Notes: generated from the sequence alone by a model not told the origin. Positions 49,801 to 62,877 are shown, counted from the first letter of the whole stretch. The stretch: 63,042 nucleotides of DNA, filler included, from Reticulomyxa filosa (GCA_000512085.1; 20 parts of 20 records of this genome joined end to end with filler, not necessarily neighbours in it); one strand, 5' to 3'. Program-made: numbers and translations.

Positions 49801-50387
49801 GTGTTGCCAAAGGAATTCATGTCAAATGGAATAAGTGACATTCGATTCAAGTTAATTCTTCAAAAGCAAGCTTATATCGTCTCTTTGGATAATCAGTTTA
49901 TTCTCCATTGTTTACCATTGCAAGTGTCGCTGAAAAAATCACAATTGCACGTCGAATTAACATCTATGTATGGAGATTTAACAAATAATGAAGGAGCAAC
50001 TCAAATAAAACCAAGTAAATTGGATTATATTGAATATAGTTTGGATAAATTTGGATCCAAACCAGAGTTTTATTCACAATCTAAGTTGACCCTTCATTTG
50101 TCCGTTCTTTTAAATGCAAATGAAAGCAAGTCATTGTCATGGGTTTCGAAGGAAAAACTTACACAAGCATCTGAATTGGTGCTACATGCATGCGACAAGG
50201 TTAACCGAGACACCAAAAAAATATTTACTTATTTGGATTGGCAATGTTTACCCATTGCAATTGATGCCACAAAAAAGCAAATATATCTGAAAGATGTTTT
50301 GAAATTGGTGAAAAATCACAGTTCTTCCAGAAGTGGAGATGACTTCATAAGACAAGTGATTGTGCAATTTCCAATGCAAATTGCTAG
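46855..50387 (+). CDS. Internal part of a giant protein, probably VLIG/GVIN-type very large GTPase family (G domain beyond contig end)
   Basis: About 1100 codons once one intron and two A-run frameshifts are allowed. It ends LDYIEYSLDKFG...GDDFIRQVIVQFPMQIA, resembling the segment just before the G domain in fungal/oomycete VLIG proteins (recall-based). Confidence 0.45.
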
Positions 50388-50580
50388 NNNNNNNNNNNNN
50401 NNNNNNNNNNNNNNNNNNNNNNNNNNNNNNNTTAATTAATTAANNNNNNNNNNNNNNNNNNNNNNNNNNNNNNNNNNNNNNNNNNNNATGTATATACTGT
50501 ATTCCCTTTTTTTTTTTTTTTTGTATAGTTTATATGTTCATATATTGTAACATTATATATACATACATATATGCGTGTAT

Positions 50581-52100
50581 ATGCTAGATCCTACTCATTA
50601 CGTATTCACAACCATTTTTGAAAAGTGGCAGCACATGGCAATTCAAATCATGCAGCAACACGAGTGCATTGAAGTCATTCCACGCTCAGGCAAAGTTGTC
50701 GTGTTTGACAGTCATTTGCCTGTCAAGCATGCTCTGAGAGCACTTGCTGAACATGGTTTGTGAACTTTTTTGAAACGTCTACTGTCCCCTCTCTCTCCTT
50801 TCGAAAAAGAAGGAGAAAGGGCGGGCAAGAGCCTTCTATGTGTATAGGATAGATAAAGACGTGGTATAACCTTGAATAGATATCAAAGGTGCTCCGGTGT
50901 GGAGCTCACGGAAAAAAGCATTCATTGGGGTCATGACTGTCACCGACTTTGCTGGTTTCAAAAAAAAAATAATTTATTTTTTTGTTTTTTTTTTTCTATT
51001 TTGACTATTTCACTGGAATTTTTTTATTATTATTGTTTATTTGTTTGTTTAAAAAAAAAAAAAAAAAAGTTAGTGAAATTGCAACAAAATAATAAACTCG
51101 CTTGTGAATTTTCCCCCAAAAAAACGTATATGAAACACAAAACAAAACAAAAACAATAAACCAATGAGTTGTGCAGATATATTGAACCATTATGCGCAAA
51201 ATGAGCAAACATTCACACAAAAAATCAGCGAGCTAGAAAATTTATACGTCGGCTCATGGGCAAAATTCCGGAAGAAACGTGGCGATCTTAAAAAGAAATC
51301 TACTTTTATTGCCTGTTGTTATAACGAAAAAGTGTTCGATGCGGTTAAGAAATTAAATCAGTTCTTCATTCATCGAATGCCCATTACCAAATCCGAAGAA
51401 AAGAAATCAATCATTGGAATCTTGAATTATTCCAAAATACTGAGATTTATCATACAACAGGTTCGTTTTTTTATTGTTATTTATTTATTAAAAAAAAAAA
51501 CAAAAACGAAAGACAAATGTCACACATAACAAATGAACGATTAGATGGATGAAACATATCGAACATCAATCAACGTATCGATCAAAGATATGAAATTCAA
51601 ATTCACTGAATCGGTTCCCACGCTGACCATAAATGACACACTACTGCAAGCAGTCCAGATCTTGTCCAGAGATAAAACAATCTCGGCTATTCCCATTGTG
51701 AACAAAGATGGAGAAGTCGAAGATGCTTTTATTCGCAGTGATATTCGAGTTAGCTCATTCAAAAAAAAAAAAAATGATATATACACATAGGTGTACACTT
51801 TTTTTTTCTTTTTTTTAAAGAAAAAAAAGTTTAAATATCTGTTTTGTGTGTTTTGCAAAGTTTTTTGTGATAGACCGCATTTACATGAAATTGGAAACCA
51901 AAATATGTGACTTCTTATCTCGCCATAAAAACTCACGACTTTTGCCACAGGCAACTATGGACTCAAACGTATTCGATGTCGTGTTTCGGATGCTTTCCAA
52001 ACGTCAACATTTGTGCTTTGTTTTAACACCAGAAAAGAAGTTAGTTGGAATCATTACGCTCAGACACATTTTTGATTTGTTATTGGCTGGTAAAACATAA
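50581..52100 (+). CDS. AMPK gamma/SNF4-like CBS-domain protein, multi-exon
   Basis: EVIPRSGKVVVFDSHLPVKHALRALAEH/DIKGAPVWS...FIGVMTVTDF, IHRMPI, ISAIPIVNKDG, KLVGIITLRHIF. Confidence 0.88.
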
Positions 52101-53034
52101 CTTATGTTAAAAAAAGAATAACAAAACCCATAAAAGTTATACAAAGTTTGATTTTTCCTTTTTTATTGTTTGCGTTGAATGTTTTTTGAGAAATTACTCC
52201 GCTACTTTGAAAGGGTGTGGGCAGGAAACAAACAAATAAAACTGTATTTGGTTGTCTTGGTTGCGCGGGTTATCATTGCTGTCCTACTTTTAGTTTGGAA
52301 TTTGTTTGTTTTGAAGTTTGGCTTGTTGCAACAAATATGACATATAATGTCATGCCATTTTTGTGAGTGTTTACATCCTTTCATGTTATATGTTGAAGAT
52401 GGCTTCTTCAAATCAGCTAGCAAAACTTAGTTGCGGATTGCTTGAGAGTTTATTCTGTCATTTCATCAAACAAAAAAGTACATTATCAATTGAATATACC
52501 TCCAAAATAGTTTTCAGATAATACATGTACCAAAAAAAAGATACGTAAACAGTTTTATTTATTCAGTCCTTTTTTTAAACAAATAAAACTATATTTATAT
52601 TCTTTAGTAAAACTAGTGAGCTAGCAAGAGCAGTTATTTCGCTCATTTATATTGTTACTACACTTTATAAAAATAATCCACTTACTGTATTTTTTTGTAA
52701 AGCATAAAACATAGTCTAGATTGACGAGAAATGATTGATAACTCGATATGAAATCAAAAAATGTAGTAACTTTGTTTCTTCAAAATTTTCCTTCAAAGAT
52801 ACACGAGTGCTAAAGAGGTATATATTCCGATGTTATTGAATGGACACTTGTGATGTGACTAACGCTGGTGAAGACGCGCCAACAACAAATGCAATACCAA
52901 CATCTTTTCGTCTCTGCGTTGCATCCCCAACCTGAAACATTTGCGATTGCTTGAAGATCGAATGTTCATATTGCATCACCACAGACAAACCAATTGTGCG
53001 AAGTTTTTAAAAAAACGTACAAAAATATATAAAA

Positions 53035-53063
53035 TACAGTAAGATAAAAAAGAAAGTTGACAC
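53035..53063 (+). mobile_element. Second copy of the putative Tc1/mariner TIR at contig end
   Basis: Identical to 4052-4080. Confidence 0.6.
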
Positions 53064-54109
53064 NNNNNNNNNNNNNNNNNNNNNNNNNNNNNNNNNNNNN
53101 NNNNNNNTTAATTAATTAANNNNNNNNNNNNNNNNNNNNNNNNNNNNNNNNNNNNNNNNNNNNACAATTTTAATTTTCAATTTTCTGTAATTAATCCGTT
53201 TTTTTGATCATAATTGCAGAAATACAATACAAAAAATTTTAACCATTTTTTTAATAATTTTTTTGTCAAAATATTCAAAAAAATTTGTAAATTTACATCT
53301 TTTTTTGTAAATATTTATAAGTTATGAATTTACGTTATAATGAAAAAAAAGGTCTTTTTTTTTTTTGTCGTCTCTGTCTATCGATCTCTAGTACCAGCTC
53401 GTAATAGAGTGATTGCACTCTCTTTCACAGGTATGTCTTTTTTCTTTTGTTTTTTTAAATAATTGTTCAACTTAAAAAACAGAAGTGGTTTGATTTTCAA
53501 CAGCCTTCCACTTTTTTTTAAAAAAATGGCACTTTTTTTTGGATGTTGTGCATCCTTCAACAAAAGAAAGAGAAAATGGGGTAAGGCCCCCCGTCTCCAC
53601 AAGGAGAAAATAAGGTTTGTTATATATACTTTTTTTTTATTTTATTTTTTTTGGCATAATTAATTTGTGTGTTTTACAATAACAGCCGCAGCCCTATAGT
53701 CAAAAAAATAAAAAATAAAAAATTGTACGTACCCTCACTCCAAAGAAAAACTTCGGGGTCGAAGCCAACCCCGTGTCCAAATAAAAATTAAAAGGTTTAT
53801 TTTTTTATTTGATTTTTTTTTATTTTCATAAAAGTATACGTTTGTTTGTGAATAGGCATGCCCCCATCAATAAAAAGTAAATGTTTGTCCTCCCCATCCC
53901 CGTGCAAAAGAAAAAAAAATTTATAGGAAGAATGGAATTTGAGCTTTTAGCTCGGAAGTCAAGTTTTGTTTTGTTTTTTATTCTTTAAAAAAATGAAAAA
54001 ATTCTTTACTTTTTGTGAATGTTGATAGGAGCCAAGATCAAACAATTTAAAAAGTTTTTTTATTGTATTTTTTTATTTTTTATTTTTATTTTTTTTTAGA
54101 CATTGTAGT

Positions 54110-54272
54110 GAAAATATGTTGGGGGAAAATAGTTTGAAAATAGTTTGGGTGGAAAATAGTTTGGGGGGGAAAATAATTTGGGGGGGGAAATAGTTTGGGG
54201 GGGAAAATAGTTTGTGGGGGAAAATAGTTTGTGGGGGAAAATAGTTTGGGGGGGAAAAAATAAGGTGGGGAA
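54110..54272 (+). repeat. G-rich minisatellite, unit about AAAATAGTTTG(G/T)GGGGG, about 9-10 copies
   Basis: Directly visible tandem units of 11-18 nt with variable G-run length. Confidence 0.85.
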
Positions 54273-54491
54273 AAAAATTTTGAAAAAATTTTATTTGAGG
54301 AAAAGAAAAAAAATGAAAAAAATGACAAAATTTTAAAAAAAAGATTAGAAAATTAAAAAATGAAAAAAAAGTTTGAAAAAAAAAAAAAAAANNNNNNNNN
54401 NNNNNNNNNNNNNNNNNNNNNNNNNNNNNNNNNNNTTAATTAATTAANNNNNNNNNNNNNNNNNNNNNNNNNNNNNNNNNNNNNNNNNNNN

Positions 54492-56452
54492 ACAATAACA
54501 ATAACAATAACAATGACAATGATAATAATGATAACATTGACAACGAGACCAATGGCTACATATTGAAAATGAAACAAATAGCAGAAGAATCACTCTTAAA
54601 AGGGGAGTTTGAAAAGTCATTGCAAACCTGGCAAACGCTTTTGCCCTTGGCCGATGCCATGCCTCATTTGTATGCAGCTTATGCAGTATTGCTTTGCTTC
54701 GGATTCAAAAAGTATGAAGAGGCGGAAATGTACTTACTCAAGGCTTTGGAGCTGGATCCCCAAAACATTGCCATGAGAAGACACTTGGGGAATGTGTATA
54801 TGGAATGGAATAGATACGACCAGGCCGTCAAAGAGTTTCAGCAGATTATCCATATTTACAACGATTATACCATCGATCAATACGAAGGTATCCCTCTCAC
54901 CAATCGCGATGAAATCAATTACAATTACGCCTATGCCTTGGAACAATGCGAAGCATATGATCAAGCCGTTCAACACTATCACTACGCCGTCGAGTTTCGA
55001 GAAAAAGAATACATTGATTTTTTGGCCAAAAGACAAGTTCAATTGCAAGACAAACACACGGACAGCAAGAGTAGTGGCAGCGGTGATATACCTACTTATG
55101 CAAACATGCAAGCAGTGTTCAGTCGAAGCAACCCCCAAGGATTGAGTATTGTCACCAATGGCGTGCCCATCCATAATCACAGCAGCGGCAACCCTGCAAC
55201 GACAACGGACTTGTTGACGATTACCACGACAACGACGACGACAACGACAACAGCAACAGCAACAGCAACAACTACCGCGATGACCACCACCACTACGGCC
55301 ACGGGCGCCACGACCACGGCGAGTGTTGAAGAGCAAACAGATGAGACAGTAAACAGCGCAAATACGATCAGTCTACATGTGCATCCTAGCAATAAGCCTT
55401 CCAGCACACCAATGAGTGGACTTGTCATGACAGAAACGGCCACTGTCACTAGTGGTGTTCCCTCCAAGGTAAACACCACCACTACTGACACTACTGGCAC
55501 CACGAGTACCACGGATACCACCACTACCTCCAATGGTGGCAATGTGGACACTTTGAACTCCGATAGTCGTAATCGCACTGTAAGCTCTACGGTTGAAACA
55601 ATGAGCGAAATCCAAAAACGCTATTTCATTTGTCTGTTTTGCTATGCTCGATGTTTGCGAAAGAATAACCAGTTGGCGATCAGCGAAGTTCAGTTCTTTA
55701 AGCTGTTGCAAATGTGGCCTACCCATTATGGCGTTCACGTGGAATACGGATTGTGTCTGGTCGAAATGAAACGCTTCGAGGAAGCTCAAGATCATTACAT
55801 CACCGCCATTCGCATCAATGACCAAGATCCAACCGCATATCGCCATTATGGCACTCTCTGCTTCATTATCAAAGAATACGCCATTGCTTTATCACTTTGG
55901 AAACATTGCTTTGGATTGACGTCAAACATTCGAGGTTTGTGTTTATATATATGTATATATATATATATATACATATATATGTACATATATATATTACAAC
56001 ATACAGAAATATATGTTGAATACATTTGGGAACAGGAACAACAAAAGATCTGTCCCTTCTCCTGGCGAGGTACGGATGGTGCATTTATCACTTGCAAAAA
56101 GATATTGAATTGGCACGACAATATTATGAGACTGCTCTTGGATACGATCCAACCAATTCATTGGCTTTGAAATGCCTAGGCATACTCTTGCACAAAGAGT
56201 ACAAAGAGTCGGATAAAGCATTGCAGTACTTAGAAACAGTAATCAAATTAGAGCCCAATTCCGCGATTTCCATTGCGTGGTACGCCGACTGCTTGCGCTG
56301 TGCGAAGAATATTTCCATTGTCAATCGACTGGAGCAAGTGGAACTTTATTGGAATAACGCTTTGACTATTCGGCCTGACCTACTTAAACCAAGACTTTTC
56401 AAAAAGCGTTTGACGCCTTTCAAACAGAGTATGCAGTCCATCAAGCATCAAG
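54492..56452 (+). CDS. TPR-repeat protein with a long Thr-rich linker (5'-partial)
   Basis: YEEAEMYLLKALELDPQN, FEEAQDHYITAIRINDQD, LARQYYETALGYDPTN, ALQYLETVIKLEPNS. Confidence 0.88.
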
Positions 56453-56543
56453 GTCTGTTTTTTTTGTTTTTGTTTTTTATAGTGCTTTAATGATACAAAT
56501 AAGAAATAAAATAAAAAAAAATAAAAAAAAAAGCAATCAAATA

Positions 56544-57329
56544 ATGTCCAATTCTTTTCATTCATCTACAAACGTTCCTATTGCTGACTTCGACACAAAA
56601 TCACCTGAATTACTCGTTCACAGACCTGAAGTAATGCCACAAATAGATGCTTGCGTCCTTAAAGTTTGTATACCTGGTTGTCTATGTTTATTTGTATCTC
56701 TTTGCAATTTAAGAACATTCTGCCAATGTAGATATTTTGATGGGAAACAAAAAAAGTTTGAGGAGTGGTTGCGCGACACGGTGAAATTACCAGAATACTT
56801 GTCTCAGTTTCGGAATTGCTCTTATAATGATATTCGCATGATCAATTACATCGATGAGAAAATTCTACTTCAGGATGTCGGAATTTTGAAGAAGCCTCAT
56901 CGTATGATTTTTTTGAAAAAAGCTGCCGATTTATGGAATGAAATGACTGCAGTATAACTATCTTTCTTTTTTTTTTTTGTTCGAACGAAGTCCATTTGAA
57001 ATAAAATTTAAAAAGAAAAAAAAACAACAAACGAAACTTTGTATTATTATATGTGCATATTTTTTGTTGTTGCTGCTAACTGCGGAAAGTTTGAAGGATG
57101 GCTGAAAAAATTGCACTGCGAACGATATCTGACGAAATTTGAAAATATTGGCGTGTTCACATTTTTAGATGTGTTGCACCTGATCCATTCTAAGGAAGAC
57201 TTGAAACAAGTTTGCGGCAACGATGCTCAGTCGCAATTCATTTTATGGTCTGCAATTGTAAAATTAGGTGCTCCTCCAAACTCTGTTGCGTCTGTTCCTT
57301 CGTCCACCAACACCGAAATGGAGGATTGA
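56544..57329 (+). CDS. Tandem SAM domains, probably the C-terminus of the TPR gene
   Basis: FEEWLRDTVKLPEYLSQF...DVGILKKPHRMIFL and FEGWLKKLHCERYLTKFENIG. Confidence 0.75.
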
Positions 57330-58099
57330 TGTTCAACATGTAACTTCACTATTTTTCTTTTTTTTTTTTCTGATACGAATTTTTCTATTTGGCCTTTGAT
57401 CTTGGGCAATTTGAGCTTTTTTTGGAGCTCGTTAGTTACAATTCATTATTTTATTTTTTATTTTTTTTTTTTTCATTTTCTTTTATGTTTTAACTTTGTA
57501 TCTTCAACTCAAAATATATTCAAGGTAATATGGCATTGGATTGTTCGAATTATTGTGTGTCTGGTTTATTGTAAATCCTATTTGGTTTGCCAATAATTAC
57601 GTTTTTTTTTTGTTTTGTTGTTTTCTTTCCTTCTAAACGTGCAACCCTTCCCGCTTTTTACAAATCCGTAGAAAAAAAGCAAATATACATTGCATGGCCG
57701 AAGGGTTGTGCCGATAAAGTTTTGTTGTTGGTGAGTTTGCACAAATTGTGCAGCTGTCCTTCCTCTTTTATTTCCTGTTTGATTCTTTTTTTCGTTGCGT
57801 TGAGTTTTTCTCTCTTTTTAAAAAGGACGTTTTGTGATTTAAAACCCTTTAGAAAGAAAGATCATGGTAAAAAATTTAGAACTTTTTGAACGTGTAATTT
57901 CGGATTAACACAACAAATTTTNNNNNNNNNNNNNNNNNNNNNNNNNNNNNNNNNNNNNNNNNNNNTTAATTAATTAANNNNNNNNNNNNNNNNNNNNNNN
58001 NNNNNNNNNNNNNNNNNNNNNTTCTTCAAATTCATCACCTTTATCATCACCTTTATCATCACCTTCTTCACACTTGTCGTAGTATTTATTGGCATTGAG

Positions 58100-59160
58100 T
58101 TATTGTTTCAATGACCCAATTTCATTTCGAAGATCGTCATTTTCTTTGACCCAGTTCTTTCTATCTTGTGTATACTTTTTACTTTCGGTTTGGGCGTTGC
58201 CTTTCTCCATTTCAATCTCCAACTTGGTGGCTTTTAACTCCTTTTCCAAAAAAGAGATTTTGTTTCTCAGCTGGTCTTCCAGCGAGTGAGACACATCTTT
58301 CATTTTCGTCCGCTTCTGCTCGTGGTTGTCCACGGCCGTTCGAATCAATGATACATACGTCATCATTGTCTGCTTGTCTGTGTTCTCCAATATGTGACAC
58401 ACGTCCAACAGCTGCGGTATCTTCAGTTGCTCCCCGCGTAGACCAATACATGCTTTAACAAGTCGTCCGATTTCATGTTCTCAATGTCGTCCTGCGACAT
58501 TCTATCCTCCTCTCGCAACACCGCATTCAGCAAGTACATTAGCATCATGCCGCTTTGAAAATCTGTAGTAAAATTCGATATTTTCACATTTTCGGGCAAA
58601 TGCTTATTGCACCAATGCAACAATCGTTCTTCGGGTGAATTCACTATATTTACATTTTTTTTTTATGTGTACATATGGACTATTATATATGTATATGTAT
58701 ACATACGTATAATATTGTATTTCATGTTGTGATATATACCAAAAAAAATTTATTATTATTATTTTTTTTTTTTTGGACTGTCTAATCACAAAATTTTTTT
58801 AATAAAAGGTTTATACATGCTTGTTGATTGAATAGTTCACGATTATATGCCATGTCAATTCCAAACATAATTTTAAATATGTCCAGTGATTAATTCTTTT
58901 TTTTTTTATATAGTTGAAAAATACAATTCAATTTATTGATGACCCCCTTTATCTTCCTTTCTTCTTATGCAATACATGATTATCTTCTTCGTCATATGTA
59001 ATAGTCATATTTCGACTATCTCTACCACTTATAATACGTGTAAATATTTGTAATGCATCCAAACATTCAAATTTATATATTGATTTTTGATAATTGTATT
59101 TATTGTCGTGAATTGATTGTTTCTCCAAAATATCTAACATATGGATTATTGGTGCCACTT
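58100..59160 (-). pseudogene. Tandem calponin-homology (CH1-CH2) actin-binding + coiled-coil gene, 5'-truncated and decayed
   Basis: CH2 reads SPEERLLHWCNKHLP...ISNFTTDFQSGMMLMYLLNAV. CH1 remnants are IIHMLDILEKQSI and LKLCLELTWHIIVNYSI. Frameshifts are present. Confidence 0.7.
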
Positions 59161-59164
59161 GTGA

Positions 59165-60640
59165 CTATGCATCTGTGGTACCACTAATAGTTCCACTTCC
59201 ACACAAATCTCCTGGTCGCATTGGACAGCCTGTTATCGTGTGATGAGCTAATTGTTGTTGAAAGCTCCAATACAAATTATTAGAATTTACACTACTGACA
59301 AGTTGATGTATTTTCATTTTGCTCGATTGCAAAAAGGATTGGGAAATTGTTTTGGCATCTCCGAGCGAAAAGGTTCCAATGCTTCCATTGTGACAATCCA
59401 TGGCGATATGCTTGTGGCAAAGTTTTTGTCATTGAAAGGCCCCAAAGGAACATACTCCCAGGTTTGAATATCTCGGGCACTCCAATCATTCATTAAAACC
59501 TAAAAATGAAAATAATGAACAAAAAAATTAATAACCAAAAGAAAGAATAGTAATATGTAATAATATGTAATAATAGTACATCTCATACCACTCCGAACAA
59601 GTAATCATATGCATCAGCAATTTTGATTGGCGGACCCATTGGCGGACATTTTCCTCCAACAAAGAAAGCTAATTCCAATTCGATATCCAAGAGCTTGCAA
59701 GCTGTGAAAGTCGGCAAATCGCCTTCTTGTGCTGGCGAAACCTATTGCCATTGCACCCACACATTTGCTGATTCAGCATTGCAGAAGAACATGCGACATT
59801 GCGCAGAATGCTGAAGACAGAGTTTTGTGGTTGATGATAAAAAGGAGTATAAAGAGAGGAAAAAAAAAAAATGGAGTAGGAAGGAACAAAAAATTATTAC
59901 AAACACAAAACATAAAAAGTGGCAAATAACTTGGCCAACAGGTCTTCGAATTGGTGTACCGCTGACAACTACACTTGAAGCTATGCCATGATATCCAACG
60001 GGCAAGTGCTTCCAATTAGGCTTCAAAGGTTCTTCATTTGGACGGATAATCTTGCCGACATTTGACGCGTGGTTTTCAGACGAATAAAAGTCAGTATAGT
60101 CGTGAATTTTACATGGCAATTGCATTTTTACTTGCGATTGTGCTACTAAGCATTCCTTTTCAAGGAAAAGGCGATCTTTGTCTTTGCTTTCCGTCGACAA
60201 CAAATCTTGAATGATCTTGCGTGCTTCTTTCCACGCGGGACGACCTAATCCCATAAATTCATTTAATTCACGCTATTCATTTTTTACACACATACACATT
60301 GTATGCATGTATGTATACGTAATGCTTGTTCAAATTACGAAAATCCACACACTAAGAGGAATCACTCTGACAACATAGGGAGACATTACATTGTGACTCT
60401 CTCTCTCGAGTCGCTTGTACAAACCTGCAAAAATGAACGGCCACCCGCTAAATGTGTTGATTTCTCAAAATATCCTGCTTTTGCTACCTCATACAAATCC
60501 AAAATATGGTCACCGATCGCTACCCCAATGTGTCTGTCACCGTTTGCTTTCTCAAATACTCCATATGGTAAATTTTGAATAGAGAAATGAGAATCAGACG
60601 ACACTTTAACCCAAGAAGAGGGATTTGGAGATTGAGCCAT
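59165..60640 (-). pseudogene. FAH: Fumarylacetoacetase, internally deleted and 3'-truncated
   Basis: [79 protein letters not shown]...PGDLCGSGTISG. There is a deletion/frameshift near 59335, R>I in GYHGRASS, and the last about 60 aa are missing. Confidence 0.88.
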
Positions 60641-60981
60641 TGTTTGTTACAAAATACAAATGAGATTAAGATTTACTAAAAAAAAATTAATTGAGCAGGA
60701 AGCAGAGACGAAACAGTGAAAATTTTTCTGCGTGTTATAAACACTTACAATTTTCATTGATTGGGCCGTAATCACCACAAATCCAAAAGACAAAGATAGC
60801 ACAACCAAACAGTTGACACTACAAAATATGCCAAAAATATCGATTATTCTCAGGGAATATGGTTTGATGAAAAGATTTAAAAGAAAGGATACTTTTCAGC
60901 AGTTTTTACGTTCTAGACAAGTTGTAATTATCATCCTTCCAAGCCCCTTTTACATTAACTAAACGATATTGATCCTAAAAG

Positions 60982-61713
60982 ATGGCGACAGATCCTCGAA
61001 CTCAGAACCGAACCGGCTCAAAATGGCGTATATTCTTTCCAAGGGGTTCGGCACAAGAATCAAGTACAAATGTACCGGTCGAAAACGGGGTAGCAGCGAG
61101 TGGGAGCAAGAAAAGCGAAAGCATGTACAACGAACGCGACCACTCGAATCACGTGCCAAAGAATTCCAATAGTACCGACCAAGGAAATATAGGAAAAACT
61201 CAAGCCGTATTTCCATCGCAATCCACGGCACCATCACGGCCAGTAACAGTGAGTAACGAGGAGAAAGAGACACCAGCCATCAAAATCACGCAAGACTACA
61301 TTGTTCAAAAATGGGGATTGGAAAAAACTCCTCAATGTACTTATGTGTGTCACTTATTTTTTTCAATTTCTTTGCAAAGAAAAAAAAAAAAGAGAGAGAG
61401 AGAAGAAAGGATGTAACTTTTTTTTTACAAATCAAAAACATAATTACATTTTGTTTTGTGTAATTGTCGTTTATTGATGTCCAGACCAAACGGACGACAA
61501 AGGATACATTCATTTCGACAAAGGCTTACTTGTGAATGACCGATGTCAGTTTGTTTTTTCTGGCCCATATCTGTGTTACCCTTTTTTTTTTTTTTTTTGT
61601 TATTTATGTTTGTCCCAACAAGTTGAACCAAACTAAACTAAATCAAAACACATCATCATTATCATGACAACACCAACAAAACATAGACGTGTTGAAAGAC
61701 ACCCTTGGAAGAG
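60982..61713 (+). CDS. CMGC protein kinase (CLK/LAMMER-DYRK-PRP4 group), N-terminal exons only
   Basis: Splicing three exons gives ...PQYQTDDKGYIHFDKGLLVNDRYVLKDTLGRG, i.e. the DD-x-G-Y box plus the start of the Gly-rich loop. Confidence 0.72.
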
Positions 61714-62024
61714 GTGAGTACAATACAAAAAAAAAAAAAAAAAGATACAAATATATATATGCATATGTATGTAAACATATACATATATAATATACTTTAT
61801 ACAACATTTTTGAAATAAAAAAAAAGGAACGTTTTCAAAAGTCTTTGAATCAATAGACATCGTTGATGGAAGGTATTTTTTTTTTTTTAAAACTTTTCAA
61901 CTTCTTATATATGTATATGTACATNNNNNNNNNNNNNNNNNNNNNNNNNNNNNNNNNNNNNNNNNNNNTTAATTAATTAANNNNNNNNNNNNNNNNNNNN
62001 NNNNNNNNNNNNNNNNNNNNNNNN

Positions 62025-62320
62025 ATAATAATGCATTATACTCCAATCCCGTGTATTATGAGGATGAACTTGCACTTTTGAAAGAACGTAATATCCCAGT
62101 TCATGCTTTCTATATCGATCAGAAGGCACAGAAGAATTTTATGCAGATTGCTAATATTTCAGGTGGTCGATGCGAAAAACTGGATATTAATTCAAAGAAG
62201 GGCTCAGATCAATTAATAGATTTGGTTTCTGAAGAAGTTTTCAAAAATGCAGGTGTGTCAAAAGGGGCTGCACTTGTGGAAGCTTACAGAGCTAAATTTT
62301 CCAAATCTTACACCCATTGA
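62025..62320 (+). CDS. C-terminus of a probable VWA-domain protein (5'-partial)
   Basis: LKERNIPVHAFYI...NFMQIANISGGRCEKL is the typical end of a VWA fold. Confidence 0.6.
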
Positions 62321-62877
62321 GTTGTTCTGTTTCCAACTTATTGAACAGTTACTTTTCTCTGAAAATTTTTTGCTTGGGTCCAAATTCAATGCAAACAGGA
62401 TACTAAACAACAAATTCTAATCGGCCAACAAAGATACCGATCTTTTGTATTTTTTACCATTGATTTACAATCGACAAATCCGTTTGTTTTCGGAGAAGAA
62501 AAACATGAAGTGAAAACTATTGATAATTTTTCATTGTTGGAAGAGGTAACACGTTTTAGAGTGTATAATTTTTGATTCAAAATGGATTCTACCAACAACG
62601 AAAATTGTTGAGTAAAAATGTGTCACGTTTCAAATGCTAGTAGCTGAGACATGAGGAAATCAAGGCAGACATTTTATAAGATTCAAACTTGACTTCTTTT
62701 TTTTGCAAACAAAAAAGAGTGAAAGTTACCATCAAAAAACCGTGATTTGCTGCGGTCAATGTCACCTGTCAAACAATAAACAACGAGAAAACATGAAATA
62801 GTCATTCAAATCCGTCCCTCTCATTCACTGATAACAACAGAAAAGATAAGCAAATAGACACATAAGTGTACACATAC

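Noticed and set aside
2411-62024. Regularly recurring TTAATTAATTAA palindrome flanked by Ns, superficially a repeat array or CRISPR
   Set aside because: Synthetic six-frame-stop linker between contigs.
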